From the IMG/VR virus record IMGVR_UViG_3300027985_000918, positions 248,001 to 312,000 of that record: a DNA stretch of 64,000 bases, one strand, 5' to 3'. Positions within the stretch are counted from its first letter, which is position 1; each line of letters begins with the position of its first letter. Below the pieces are notes generated by a model. The model searched no databases. It saw nothing but the letters and a program-made list of their open reading frames with translations, and was not told the DNA's origin. Positions 29,497 to 39,277 of this stretch are shown piece by piece. The translations under genes and the position numbers were made by a program.

Positions 29497-31890
29497 TCAC
29501 GGGGTCACTAGATGACCCTTGGCGCCGATTCCCCAAGTAGCAAACGGCAAATTAGTGAACGGCTCAAGAGATCCGGCGGCAAGAATGGGACCTACGTCCG
29601 GCCCGTAGATTGGGCCACTCAGGGCTACCCCCAGGGCCCCCCGGAGTGTGGCGACCCCCGAGTTCGCAGAAATGAAGATCCCCGCCAGGGCGGTCATCGA
29701 AGCCGTTCCGGCATGGGCGTTCAGGGACAGGTTGCCCGCCAGTGCAGTCCCCGTGATCCCGGCAGGGCCAAGATCCATCGACGAAGTAGTCCCTCGAAGG
29801 GTGACGGTGCCCAATGTCGACTGGTAGGTCTGATTCCCGATCTGAATCGTAGTCGAGTGGTTGCCGAGAAGGAACGTCTCTTCCCGGTCCCCGTACACGA
29901 AGTCCACCTTCTTGGCTACGATCCCAGGATAGCTCGGGATGTACGTCTGCTGGTGCAAGGGGGCGTTGGTCGGCAGAAAGGACTTCGGCCCGCTGTACAT
30001 CTCACTGGCTTTGCCGGACACCACCTGCTCATAGGTCTCCGTATTGACCTTGATGTTCTTGCCGCTTGCCAGTTCAATAAGGTCGTGACCCTTGACCCGA
30101 GTCTTCGTGGCCTCCACGTCAATGGCAGCCCCTTTGAGGAACACCTTCTTCGTAGCCTTAAGCCGAAGGTTCGTCCGAGCCTGGATGTCCACGGCAGGGA
30201 GGTCGGAGTTGTTCTCACCCCGAGACTCCGGCCCTGCGGTAGACCCCCCGCCGTAAATGGTGACCGGGCCTTTTTCCGACACCAGATGGACAGAGTTCCG
30301 GCTCTTTGTTCCCAGGGCCAGCTCTCCGTCCAACATGAGTTGGAGGGCCCCACTGACCTTGAACTTGAACCCCCCAGCCAATGCCAGTTCGACAGAGTTC
30401 TCCTTGGCTGGCCCTCCGATGAACCCTTTAAGCTGTCCCTTCTTATTGACGGACCAGAACGTGGGGCGGCCCTTGTCCAGGGGGTAGAGCTGGAACAACG
30501 TGGCGGAGTGGTTCTCAATGGGCTCTGGATTCGCCCCCGCATCCGCCTCCACTGCCAAGTCTACCGGGTCCAGTCTGGGATTCGGGATGTCCCCATCGAA
30601 GATGCGAGCTACCAGAGGCCGGCCGTATGCCTGCCGCCCAATGGGGCTGAAGGGGTTGTTCCCAACCACCGAACCCAACACCCACTCGATGAACGGAGTA
30701 TTCGGAGATCCTCCGGGGGCCTCGAAATCCGTGGGGGGGAGGCGATCCGCATCGAACATGTCCGTCTGTTCAGTGACTGGCAGACGTCCATCCGAAGTGT
30801 GACTCACCTCGATGCGGTGCTCGGTGAGAGTAGGGATCTTCGGGTCGAGGACGGCGTTCTTCGAGTTCTGGGCGGCCACCCGGAACACGGGCTTGCCCCC
30901 GTAGACCGAATCCGACTGGTGGGTCCGGTCTTCCCCCATCCCCGTCTTGTCCGTGTACCCACCCCGGGTTAGAAACAGGAACGGATCGATATTGTCGCTG
31001 AACGACAGCCCCGTATCCCCAAGGTTGCCATCGGCGTCCGCTTTCCGGCCGAACACCCGAGCGGGGGTGAGATAGCCGGCGGGCTCCGAGGAGTCGGCAT
31101 CCAGCTCCCCTTCCGAGAGGGGACGGCCATTCAGGAGGACCCTCTTCCCATCCCAGACTTTCCCGTCGGAAAACATCTGGGTAGCGAGGAGTGTGGCGTC
31201 ACGTTGAACCATCCCACTGTAGGTTCGGGTGCCTGCAAGAGCGTCGAACCGCTGAAGGGCTCGGAGTATCGCCGCTTGGTCCTGGTCTCGAAGGCGGAAC
31301 TCATTCCCCCGACGGTTGGCGAGCTGGACACCCTCATCCAGCACCAGATCCGCCCCCTGAGCAGAACTAGCGACCACGTTCCCCGGCTGCATATGCCGGA
31401 GCTTGTGCCGGATGCGGGGGAGCACCCCCCCAACCACATCGTGCTCGTACTGGCTCCCGAAATCCATCTCGTCCACGGTGAAGTTGGACGTGGTCATCCA
31501 CTCTCGACCGGGCCAGACTCCGGGGACAACCCAGTTCAGGATGACAGGGGTACGGTTGCGGTCGTGGGACGACTCCTGGGGCATCCAGCCCACGACGCAG
31601 TAGTCCCCCACCTGGGGGAGGGTGCCAAAGAAATGGCGATGCCCTGCCCCCGGAAACGTCAGGGGGATGGGGACTCGTTCGGCATCCCCGCTGGCCCCAA
31701 CGAGAATCTGAAGAGTGCAGAACAGCTCTTCGTAATCGATCTCGACTACCCGCCCAATCCCAAGCCCCCATTGAGTCTCAGAATCAGCCTTATCGATCAT
31801 CGCCTGAGCGAACATCGACGAGTTTCGGACCATAGCCGAGGTGATCACCGAAAGGGCATTGACCGGCCTACGCTGTCCTCCGTTAGACAT
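29497..31890 (-). CDS. Baseplate central spike (gp5/gpV-like)
   Basis: 797 aa; N-terminal OB-fold-like GRVVEIDY...PQVGDYCVVGW; C-terminal short beta-strand repeats; follows the hub gene. Confidence 0.65.
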   Translation of the reverse strand: MSNGGQRRPVNALSVITSAMVRNSSMFAQAMIDKADSETQWGLGIGRVVEIDYEELFCTLQILVGASGDAERVPIPLTFPGAGHRHFFGTLPQVGDYCVVGWMPQESSHDRNRTPVILNWVVPGVWPGREWMTTSNFTVDEMDFGSQYEHDVVGGVLPRIRHKLRHMQPGNVVASSAQGADLVLDEGVQLANRRGNEFRLRDQDQAAILRALQRFDALAGTRTYSGMVQRDATLLATQMFSDGKVWDGKRVLLNGRPLSEGELDADSSEPAGYLTPARVFGRKADADGNLGDTGLSFSDNIDPFLFLTRGGYTDKTGMGEDRTHQSDSVYGGKPVFRVAAQNSKNAVLDPKIPTLTEHRIEVSHTSDGRLPVTEQTDMFDADRLPPTDFEAPGGSPNTPFIEWVLGSVVGNNPFSPIGRQAYGRPLVARIFDGDIPNPRLDPVDLAVEADAGANPEPIENHSATLFQLYPLDKGRPTFWSVNKKGQLKGFIGGPAKENSVELALAGGFKFKVSGALQLMLDGELALGTKSRNSVHLVSEKGPVTIYGGGSTAGPESRGENNSDLPAVDIQARTNLRLKATKKVFLKGAAIDVEATKTRVKGHDLIELASGKNIKVNTETYEQVVSGKASEMYSGPKSFLPTNAPLHQQTYIPSYPGIVAKKVDFVYGDREETFLLGNHSTTIQIGNQTYQSTLGTVTLRGTTSSMDLGPAGITGTALAGNLSLNAHAGTASMTALAGIFISANSGVATLRGALGVALSGPIYGPDVGPILAAGSLEPFTNLPFATWGIGAKGHLVTP

Positions 31891-31893
31891 CGA

Positions 31894-34800
31894 TCAATCC
31901 TCCCCGAACAGATTGTCGAACGCCTGGGTAACCCCCTGCTCTGCCAGCTTGGCTTGGGCCTTGGCCTGCTCGTACTGAGTCAAAGCAGCTCTCTGCCTAG
32001 CGGATTCCCCGGTGGCCCCCTGGACCACGGCGTTACCGAGGTTCTGGAAGGTCGAGATGAGGCTACCCGCAGGGCGCTCCATCGCAGCCCCCCGCAAGGC
32101 ATCCTGGCGCTGCTGCCAGGCCACCGACTTGAACATGGCCTGGTTGGTCAGGAACTGAGTGGCTCTGTCCTCTTCACCAGTCCCATACCCCTTCGGAATC
32201 TGCACCCCGGGCTGGGCGAACTGCAAGAAGTTGGAATCCACGAAGGCTTCGAGCAACAGGTCAGCTTCAGCGGCCTTGCAAGAGCAGACTCGCCCGTCTT
32301 GCTGGTAGCTCAAGTCCGCCAGGGTGAAGGCAGCGTTGTTGACCGGCAGCTTGTGGATGCCCTCCTTGTTCCCGTCCGCAAACCAGTTGCTCAGATTAAG
32401 CTGGAGCAAAGAGGGGTCCTGAGAATTGGGGACGGCAAGGCCCAGGTCAAGGATCTGCTTGTCCGTCAAATTCCGGCGGAGCTGCGCCAAGGCCCTCCTC
32501 TCCACGTCCGTCGTGGCAGCCTTGCCGCTAAGGGGGATCTGCACCCGGACCTTCTTGCCTCCGTTGATCTCCTTCTCCTGCTCCACCGTGATAGTCTTAC
32601 CGGAGATAATCCCGTCCACGATGTCCTCAACCGTCTTCCGGTCCAAGAACTGAAGTGGATCCTGAGCGTGTAGGGAATCCCAAACGCCTCCCGGCTCGAT
32701 GTCCACCCCACGCCCATAGCGGTAGGACCCGACGACCTCGTACCCCTGAGCATCGGACACCGGGAACACGGGGCTGTGGATTTTCCTCCGAATGGTCGAC
32801 TGCTTCTTCTCCCGGGTTGAGCTGTGGGCCAGCACATCCACCTTCCACCGGGCAGCCAACACAGCGTTGAACTCGGCAAAGATCCTCTCAGAGTGGGCGT
32901 CTTCGTACCCGGCTTCCTTGATGGCCTGTACCCAGGCTCCCCGAATACGGGTCAGGTCCTGGAACAGAGACTCGGCCAGCTTCTCACCGACAAACGTCAG
33001 GAGATCCCGGATTGTCTTCTTCCCCCACTTCCCCCCCAGGCTCTTCTGGTCGGATGACCAGAAGAGCTGCGGCGGGCCTCCCGTGACAGGGATTACCCCG
33101 GCAATGCGAGTGTCGTCCAGACGGTAGTTGCTCAGAACTTCCCCGATCTCCAGGAACGACCCCTTGCTGACAACCACGGAGTCCGGAAGTGCGGGGAGCG
33201 TCTGGGGCAAAGGAAGGGTCTTTCCCGAGTCCAGCTCCCGGGCCATCCTATCCGCAGCCACCGAGGCCACGGTGAAGTCCGCTAGGATCGAAGACCACGC
33301 CAACCGATAGAACTCCTGGGTGGTCTGGTCCCCCGAAGGCTCCTTCTTGACGGACTTGGGGTTCAGTCGCTGCTTAAGGCGGAGGAGCACCCCTGGACCC
33401 AAGGTCACCGGCTTGCTGGCTGCCCCAGTATCCGTGGTGCCCTTGGTCTGGGTCATGTCCTGGACCGAGAACATCAACTCTCGGATCTGAGACGTGGGGA
33501 CGATCTCCCCATTCGGCCTAGCGGGGTTTGCCGTCAGCACCCGGATTCCCCGAGTGGGCTGCACCTCTCCCAGAGTGGCCTCCGGCTTCACTGTCCCCGG
33601 AACTACTGCCGAAGGAGTCCGCACGAATCCGGTAACCGTTGTCCCCTGCCATTCCGGGTCGAGGAAGCTGTTCTTCCTCTTGAGCGTAGGGGTGGTTCCG
33701 TCCGGAGGATTGCTGTACTCGACGATTTCCTGCCCCTGGTGCTGCGGGTCGGGATGAGAGGCGGAGTAGTAGCGGTACTGCCCAGGCTGAGTCCCATTGC
33801 TGAGGCTCGCCTTCTTTTCGGACAGCATGTCCAGCAGGGCATGAGTCTCTGGGATACGGCGGAGGTCCTGCCCACCCGAAAGGAAGTACCTCTCCCCGAT
33901 GGCCTTGATGAGAAACTGGAGCTGGTAGACCCCGTCTCCAGTGTCCTGCCCAAACGAGGCCTCGGTCTCGGCCCTAACGGCCTCCACCTCTCGGAGGACA
34001 CCCCGAATCTCTGCCAGCTTGGCCCTCTTCTTCTCCAGCAGGGCAGCCTTCTTCGACCCATCCCCCGCCCTGGCGATTGAACTGGTCAGCGAGTTCACCT
34101 CGCCCTGGAGAGCGACTAGGCTCTTCTGCTTGGCTTCAATCTTCTGACCGGCTGCCCGCTGCCTCTTGGCGTAAGCCTCTCCAGCAGCGATGATGTCGAT
34201 GGTCGTCTTGGGCACAACTCCAGGCGTCCCTGAGCGTTTCGTAGCCCCCTTGGCGGCCACCTCTTCGGGCAGACGGGTGTCGTCCGACAGGTAGAACTCA
34301 ACCGTGGTGGCTTTCGTCTCACCTCCCGATTCCTTGGTGGGCAAGGTCAGTGTGTACCGGCCATCCCCCTGGTCCGCTACCAGACCGATTCCTTTCTGGC
34401 TGCCCATCTGGAGGATATTCCGCAGGACAACAGGGTCATCCAGCCGCTCGATGTCTGCGCCCACCACCCAAAACAGAGGGTTGATGGCGTAAGGGTCGAG
34501 GGCCATAACTACGTTCGGGAATCCCGCCAGACGGGGATGGCCCGTCATATCAGCCACATGCAAAGGGCGGGGTGGGAGGACGGTGTTTGCCAGATCGATA
34601 GCGTCGATACCCGTCCCTTCGGGACGCCCGGGGGCGTAAAACTTCGCCCGCTTGCCCACGAGCTGAAGGTTGGTGGTACACTGCCCCCCCACGCTGTGGC
34701 TGTGGCTGAACCCGTTGCAGTAGTAAAAAGCATCTAGGTACTTGATGTACACAGGGTATCCGGGCCGCAACTCGGGGCGGACCGGGATAGTTACCTGAGC

Positions 34801-37140
34801 TGCCTTGCTCGGGGCATTCAAAATGTCCAGGCGGTTAATTGCCGAGAAAAACATCGACTTGGGGTCGTTGAAGTAGGCCGTCTCAAATGGGGCTGGGCGC
34901 CACCCGAACTGAGCCACCAAACGGTAGTCGATGTACTGACCTCGAACACCCCACTCGTTCTCGACCCCCGTCCCCTGAAGGTTCTTGAACTGGCTGCCTT
35001 TGACAGTGGCGTAGGTGGCCTGAGGCTCCTTCTCGTCTGTAGAGATCGAGATGATGTCGACGTCCTCGATGCGGTAGATCCTGGAACTGGAGGTATCCAG
35101 GTTGTACATCGGGGGCTTGAAGACGAAATCCCCATCCACATCCTGGTAAAACTCAAACCCCGTGATTTCCATAACCGCCTGGGCGATGTCGAGCTTGGAC
35201 CCGTACACCGACTCGAACATGGCAGGGGTTCCCCAATTGCCAATATCACTGACAAACGCCTGCATTTCTGCCAGGTTAAGCTCGAACTTGGTACCGCCCT
35301 TGGAATTGGAGTTACCGCTCGTGTTCCGAGCGAACAGGAGAGCTTCCAGTTTCCTCTGGTTGAACAGCCCCACACTGACAGCGTCCTCCATGATCTCCTT
35401 AGCCCGACCCTTCCGGGAGCTGGGATCGGAAAACCGGAACCTGACAAGCTGCTTGAGGGAGTCTGTGCTGTTACGGCCGAGAAACGTGCTCTGGGCAGCC
35501 GAAAACAGCTCCCCGCTGGCGCCGTGCATCCTCAGCTTGACCATCCGCTGGGCGAACCGCTTCTCCCAGTACCGAATGTTCAGGCTAAACAAGGACTCTC
35601 CGGCCACCTCAGAAACTGCCGACTGGTTGGACTTCGACGACATGGCCCAGCCAACGCCGCCCGCAGCTCCAACCATGTCGTGATGTAGGGTGTACATAAT
35701 CTGATAGGGGTGCATCCCCGTAAAATTGTGACCCACCATCGAAGTTTTGAGCTTCGAGTTGGAGGGCCTAGCTCCGAAGATGGAGGCATTGGTCGAGATA
35801 GTGTGGTACTGCCAGAAGTGCAACATCGAGACGGCGTTGACCGTCACCGTGTTGACGCCCCCCGACCAAGAATGAGCGACCTGAGTAACCACCCCGTGGA
35901 AAACGTGGTAGTAGGGGTAGCTCAGCAGATTTTCGATGCCCTTTCCTCCCAGCCCGTACTGATCCAGGAGAGAACCATTTGCGCCAACCCCAAAGGGACG
36001 AACAGGCACCAGATCCCCCCCAGAAGGCTCACCAGAGTCCTCCAACTCGGTGTTGGAGGCTGGGGGCTGAGGGCTGAAATCCCCCAAGTGCTCATTCCAG
36101 GGTTGCACCGATCCATTCGGCGGAGGCAGCTCTGCCACCCGCCCCTCCAAAGCAGAGAACCACGCCTGCCGCTGAGCGCCGGACTGGTTCTCACCCCCGA
36201 CCCAGACCCACTTGCGCTGGCTTCGGTGGTCCATGTGGGGGACATCGCTCCACTGGGGATTAGCGTTTGGCTCTTGGCCCCCCTTGAGATACATGCCAGA
36301 CCCACCGGGCGGAAGGTGCCCCGTCCGCTGAAGCCTTTGCATCGACGCCCACACCACAGTGCGATCCACGGCCTTGCCATTGGACGTAACGTACATATCA
36401 ACGGCTTGCCCAGTGTTATGGGCCGAATTCTCCACATGACCCCGGGCGGACACCCCCCCGTTTCCGGTAGCCCTAATGTTGACGTTCGTATAGCCCTGCT
36501 GCTCCAGGTACTGGTGCAAAGTGCTCATGGAGGCGGCGGTCTTATCGAGGTTGCTCGCAAACTGCTGGCGGCTGACCCCAGTCTCCGTCGTCCACTTTTC
36601 TGTCATATAGGGGGGGCTCTTCCCCGGCTCCAAGTACCCATACTCCCGCAGCTCTGCAATTCCCCTAGACCCAAACAGGGCCTCCCTCCCATAGCGCCCG
36701 CTACCCCCCTTGGCAGACTTCTGTCCAGAAAACTGGGCAGGTGGCGAAAGGGTCATTGCCTCCCCTGCTACCCCAAGACCCGCTTTCACCTGTGGCTCCG
36801 CCAGATTGTGAAACAACCCCTTCACGGGGAAATAACCCCGCATGTAGATGTGAACTTCGAGACCAGGGGTCAGGATGAACTTGGCATCCCGGGCAAAACT
36901 GTCCGAGTGGTGCAAAGGGATGGACAAAGTGAAGTTGGCCGATGCCGACCCCGGGTCAGTACCCGCATCCACCGACACCTCGGTGATGAACCTCTGGATG
37001 TCGATCCTACCGTTGCACTTTGGGCACCCCGGCAACGTGGTATCCCCGTTGATGTACACCAGAGCATCGGGGGTATGCTGCACCAGCTCCCGGCTGTCCA
37101 GTCGCCAAGTGCCAACGTATGGGCGATTCTCGATGCTCAT
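31894..37140 (-). CDS. Baseplate hub (gp27/gpD-like) protein with inserted M15-type Zn peptidase domain
   Basis: 1748 aa; GFEFYQDVDGDFVFKPPMY and IPVRPELRPGYPVYI hub-like motifs; SAHNTGQAVD...PHMDHR peptidase motif at residues about 239-306. Confidence 0.75.
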   Translation of the reverse strand: MSIENRPYVGTWRLDSRELVQHTPDALVYINGDTTLPGCPKCNGRIDIQRFITEVSVDAGTDPGSASANFTLSIPLHHSDSFARDAKFILTPGLEVHIYMRGYFPVKGLFHNLAEPQVKAGLGVAGEAMTLSPPAQFSGQKSAKGGSGRYGREALFGSRGIAELREYGYLEPGKSPPYMTEKWTTETGVSRQQFASNLDKTAASMSTLHQYLEQQGYTNVNIRATGNGGVSARGHVENSAHNTGQAVDMYVTSNGKAVDRTVVWASMQRLQRTGHLPPGGSGMYLKGGQEPNANPQWSDVPHMDHRSQRKWVWVGGENQSGAQRQAWFSALEGRVAELPPPNGSVQPWNEHLGDFSPQPPASNTELEDSGEPSGGDLVPVRPFGVGANGSLLDQYGLGGKGIENLLSYPYYHVFHGVVTQVAHSWSGGVNTVTVNAVSMLHFWQYHTISTNASIFGARPSNSKLKTSMVGHNFTGMHPYQIMYTLHHDMVGAAGGVGWAMSSKSNQSAVSEVAGESLFSLNIRYWEKRFAQRMVKLRMHGASGELFSAAQSTFLGRNSTDSLKQLVRFRFSDPSSRKGRAKEIMEDAVSVGLFNQRKLEALLFARNTSGNSNSKGGTKFELNLAEMQAFVSDIGNWGTPAMFESVYGSKLDIAQAVMEITGFEFYQDVDGDFVFKPPMYNLDTSSSRIYRIEDVDIISISTDEKEPQATYATVKGSQFKNLQGTGVENEWGVRGQYIDYRLVAQFGWRPAPFETAYFNDPKSMFFSAINRLDILNAPSKAAQVTIPVRPELRPGYPVYIKYLDAFYYCNGFSHSHSVGGQCTTNLQLVGKRAKFYAPGRPEGTGIDAIDLANTVLPPRPLHVADMTGHPRLAGFPNVVMALDPYAINPLFWVVGADIERLDDPVVLRNILQMGSQKGIGLVADQGDGRYTLTLPTKESGGETKATTVEFYLSDDTRLPEEVAAKGATKRSGTPGVVPKTTIDIIAAGEAYAKRQRAAGQKIEAKQKSLVALQGEVNSLTSSIARAGDGSKKAALLEKKRAKLAEIRGVLREVEAVRAETEASFGQDTGDGVYQLQFLIKAIGERYFLSGGQDLRRIPETHALLDMLSEKKASLSNGTQPGQYRYYSASHPDPQHQGQEIVEYSNPPDGTTPTLKRKNSFLDPEWQGTTVTGFVRTPSAVVPGTVKPEATLGEVQPTRGIRVLTANPARPNGEIVPTSQIRELMFSVQDMTQTKGTTDTGAASKPVTLGPGVLLRLKQRLNPKSVKKEPSGDQTTQEFYRLAWSSILADFTVASVAADRMARELDSGKTLPLPQTLPALPDSVVVSKGSFLEIGEVLSNYRLDDTRIAGVIPVTGGPPQLFWSSDQKSLGGKWGKKTIRDLLTFVGEKLAESLFQDLTRIRGAWVQAIKEAGYEDAHSERIFAEFNAVLAARWKVDVLAHSSTREKKQSTIRRKIHSPVFPVSDAQGYEVVGSYRYGRGVDIEPGGVWDSLHAQDPLQFLDRKTVEDIVDGIISGKTITVEQEKEINGGKKVRVQIPLSGKAATTDVERRALAQLRRNLTDKQILDLGLAVPNSQDPSLLQLNLSNWFADGNKEGIHKLPVNNAAFTLADLSYQQDGRVCSCKAAEADLLLEAFVDSNFLQFAQPGVQIPKGYGTGEEDRATQFLTNQAMFKSVAWQQRQDALRGAAMERPAGSLISTFQNLGNAVVQGATGESARQRAALTQYEQAKAQAKLAEQGVTQAFDNLFGED

Positions 37141-38468
37141 CGGCCGAACGGCTCCGGTCTACTCGCCAGGGTGGGGGGCGCCGCTACCTCCGTGGCAGGG
37201 ACGGCCGTAAAACCGGACCTCCCCCTGGCGGGAGGAAGTGGCGTCCCCTGAGAGACACCGGATCCCTTGCCACCAGTGGTCTGATCCGTCGACCAAGCCT
37301 GAGGCTTGGTCGACCCGAACAAGCGGTCGTCCACAGTACCCCCAAGCCCGACGCTAAGAGCCCCCTCCCGGTTCAGGTCCTGGCGCTGGGCCAACCGAAA
37401 ATCCGACAGGCTCCTTGTAGGGGCCCGCATGGGGGTCACCACCAAGTTGGACTGGGAGGCATCTACCATCGTGGAGACCTTGAACTCCATCTCGAATACC
37501 ACCCCTCCGAGCTGGTTGGCCTCTTCGTATGTGTAGCTGAAGCTCTCCATGTTACCGTAGTAGATCCACCCGTCGTAATGGATGCTGATCACCCCAACGA
37601 AGTGGTTAGCGTTGCTCTTGCCCACCGTGTCGTAGATGTAGCCGTTGTTCCGGTAAAACGTCAAAGCATTCATCAAGTTCTGCCAAGACGCAGAGTCCCG
37701 CCGGCTGGCAAGCTGGACCCCCCGCCCCCCCGAATAAAACGCCCCGCAACGGGCGCTGATACTCAGTGTGGGCTGTTCTTCTCCCCAAGCCTGGAACACG
37801 TACCCAAACCGGGTCCGATCTTGGAACTGCTGGAGCTTCGTGAACGACATGCTCAGAGACTGCGGATTGATTAGCAGTACCAGTGGAGGGGTGTTCAATG
37901 CAGCCTGAAGCTGCATGGCAATATCCACAGCGGTGAACATATCGGTGATGGCGGGCTTTCCCAAAGAGTCAGGAGGCGTCCCATCTACCAGGAACAGACC
38001 ATCGGGGTCATCCCCCCCCTTCGCCTGAGCGTCCCCCGACTTCGAGACGAACTGTTCCACCGAGGTGGCGGGGGCCCCCAAACTTCCGAAGGCGAACTGA
38101 CGGCCGATGGCCCCCCGAGCCGACCCAAAACCCTGGCTACTCCGCAGAGCATTGGAAAACGTCCCGATCCCTTTGTCGTTCGTCTGATCCGTGAACGCCG
38201 GATCGTTGGCGAACACGAACGGAGGTTCGATGCGGAAGATGAAAGGAGACAGGCTCCGCAGGAGCTGGTTAGCCCCATCCACCGGGATGGTGACGTTGGG
38301 CTCGTACTCAACGGTCAACCCAGGCCCGACTTGCAAACCTTCGTAAGCTAGGGGAGGAGGCGGATTTCGGATAGCCTTGTCGTCCACCACCTTGGCCTTA
38401 CCCGAATTCCCAATAGAGGGGTTCGACTGGCCCCGAAACCGACTGGCATTGCCGCTAACGATGGTCAT
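37137..38468 (-). CDS. Tail tube initiator-like baseplate protein (paralog 2)
   Basis: 443 aa; LLINPQSLSMSFTK...RTRFGYVFQAWGEE resembles tube-fold initiator proteins; position after the tape measure gene. Confidence 0.6.
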   Translation of the reverse strand: MTIVSGNASRFRGQSNPSIGNSGKAKVVDDKAIRNPPPPLAYEGLQVGPGLTVEYEPNVTIPVDGANQLLRSLSPFIFRIEPPFVFANDPAFTDQTNDKGIGTFSNALRSSQGFGSARGAIGRQFAFGSLGAPATSVEQFVSKSGDAQAKGGDDPDGLFLVDGTPPDSLGKPAITDMFTAVDIAMQLQAALNTPPLVLLINPQSLSMSFTKLQQFQDRTRFGYVFQAWGEEQPTLSISARCGAFYSGGRGVQLASRRDSASWQNLMNALTFYRNNGYIYDTVGKSNANHFVGVISIHYDGWIYYGNMESFSYTYEEANQLGGVVFEMEFKVSTMVDASQSNLVVTPMRAPTRSLSDFRLAQRQDLNREGALSVGLGGTVDDRLFGSTKPQAWSTDQTTGGKGSGVSQGTPLPPARGRSGFTAVPATEVAAPPTLASRPEPFGR

Positions 38469-38471
38469 GGT

Positions 38472-39272
38472 TTACTCCACCGGCCTCCCCTGCTCATCCA
38501 ACGGCACCAGCTCCTGGGCCACATCTCGAATGGCGTCTCGACGCACCACTCGGCCGCTTCCCGGCCCCTCGCCCGGAATCACAGACAAAATCTCGCCGGA
38601 CAGGCTGCGGAGGCCTTGCACCGTGCCCTCCCCCGTCACCCCGATAGACTGACGGGCTGGCGGATTCCATGGCATTGATCGAAGCCTCAACACCTCGTGG
38701 CTGATCGTAAACTCTGCCGTGAGGTTGAACATGTAAGGTTTATCCGCCACCTCTTCCACACCGAACGTAGAAAACCATCCGTAGTAGATGCCCCCATCGA
38801 AAGTTACTTTGATGATGCCCTGGAATGCGATCTGGCCGGACTGGTCATACACGGCGCCGTTTTGGTGGAACAGCGCTCGGATGTCCAGGTACTTATCGTA
38901 AGCAATGGTCTCCCTCCGGGTTCCTCCGATGTCGAGGCCCCCTCCCCCCGTCACGTTGCTCAGCCCCGAATACAGGCGTTTGAATCCCCCAGTTGCCATG
39001 TTGAAGCTGATAGTCCGGACTCCGTCCCCCCAGTGCTGCTCGACCCACCCTCCCTTGGTCTGAATCCTCTCAATAACCTTGGAGTAGCTCACCGTCATCG
39101 AGCTAGGGTTGACATGCAGCACCAGTTTGACCCCATCCGGGAGAATGGATGTCTCCTGGTCCGGGGCCAGAATGTCGAACACCACAGGACGGATCCCCTG
39201 ATTGGGGTCAAACTCGTCCTCCGGGCTACGGAAGGCCGAGCTGAAGACTGGGGTGCGGGCTCGGTTCGACAT
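38472..39272 (-). CDS. Tail tube initiator-like baseplate protein (paralog 1)
   Basis: 266 aa; LHVNPSSMTVSYSK...QTKGGWVEQHWGD, clearly similar to the adjacent gene. Confidence 0.6.
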   Translation of the reverse strand: MSNRARTPVFSSAFRSPEDEFDPNQGIRPVVFDILAPDQETSILPDGVKLVLHVNPSSMTVSYSKVIERIQTKGGWVEQHWGDGVRTISFNMATGGFKRLYSGLSNVTGGGGLDIGGTRRETIAYDKYLDIRALFHQNGAVYDQSGQIAFQGIIKVTFDGGIYYGWFSTFGVEEVADKPYMFNLTAEFTISHEVLRLRSMPWNPPARQSIGVTGEGTVQGLRSLSGEILSVIPGEGPGSGRVVRRDAIRDVAQELVPLDEQGRPVE

Positions 39273-39277
39273 CTACA

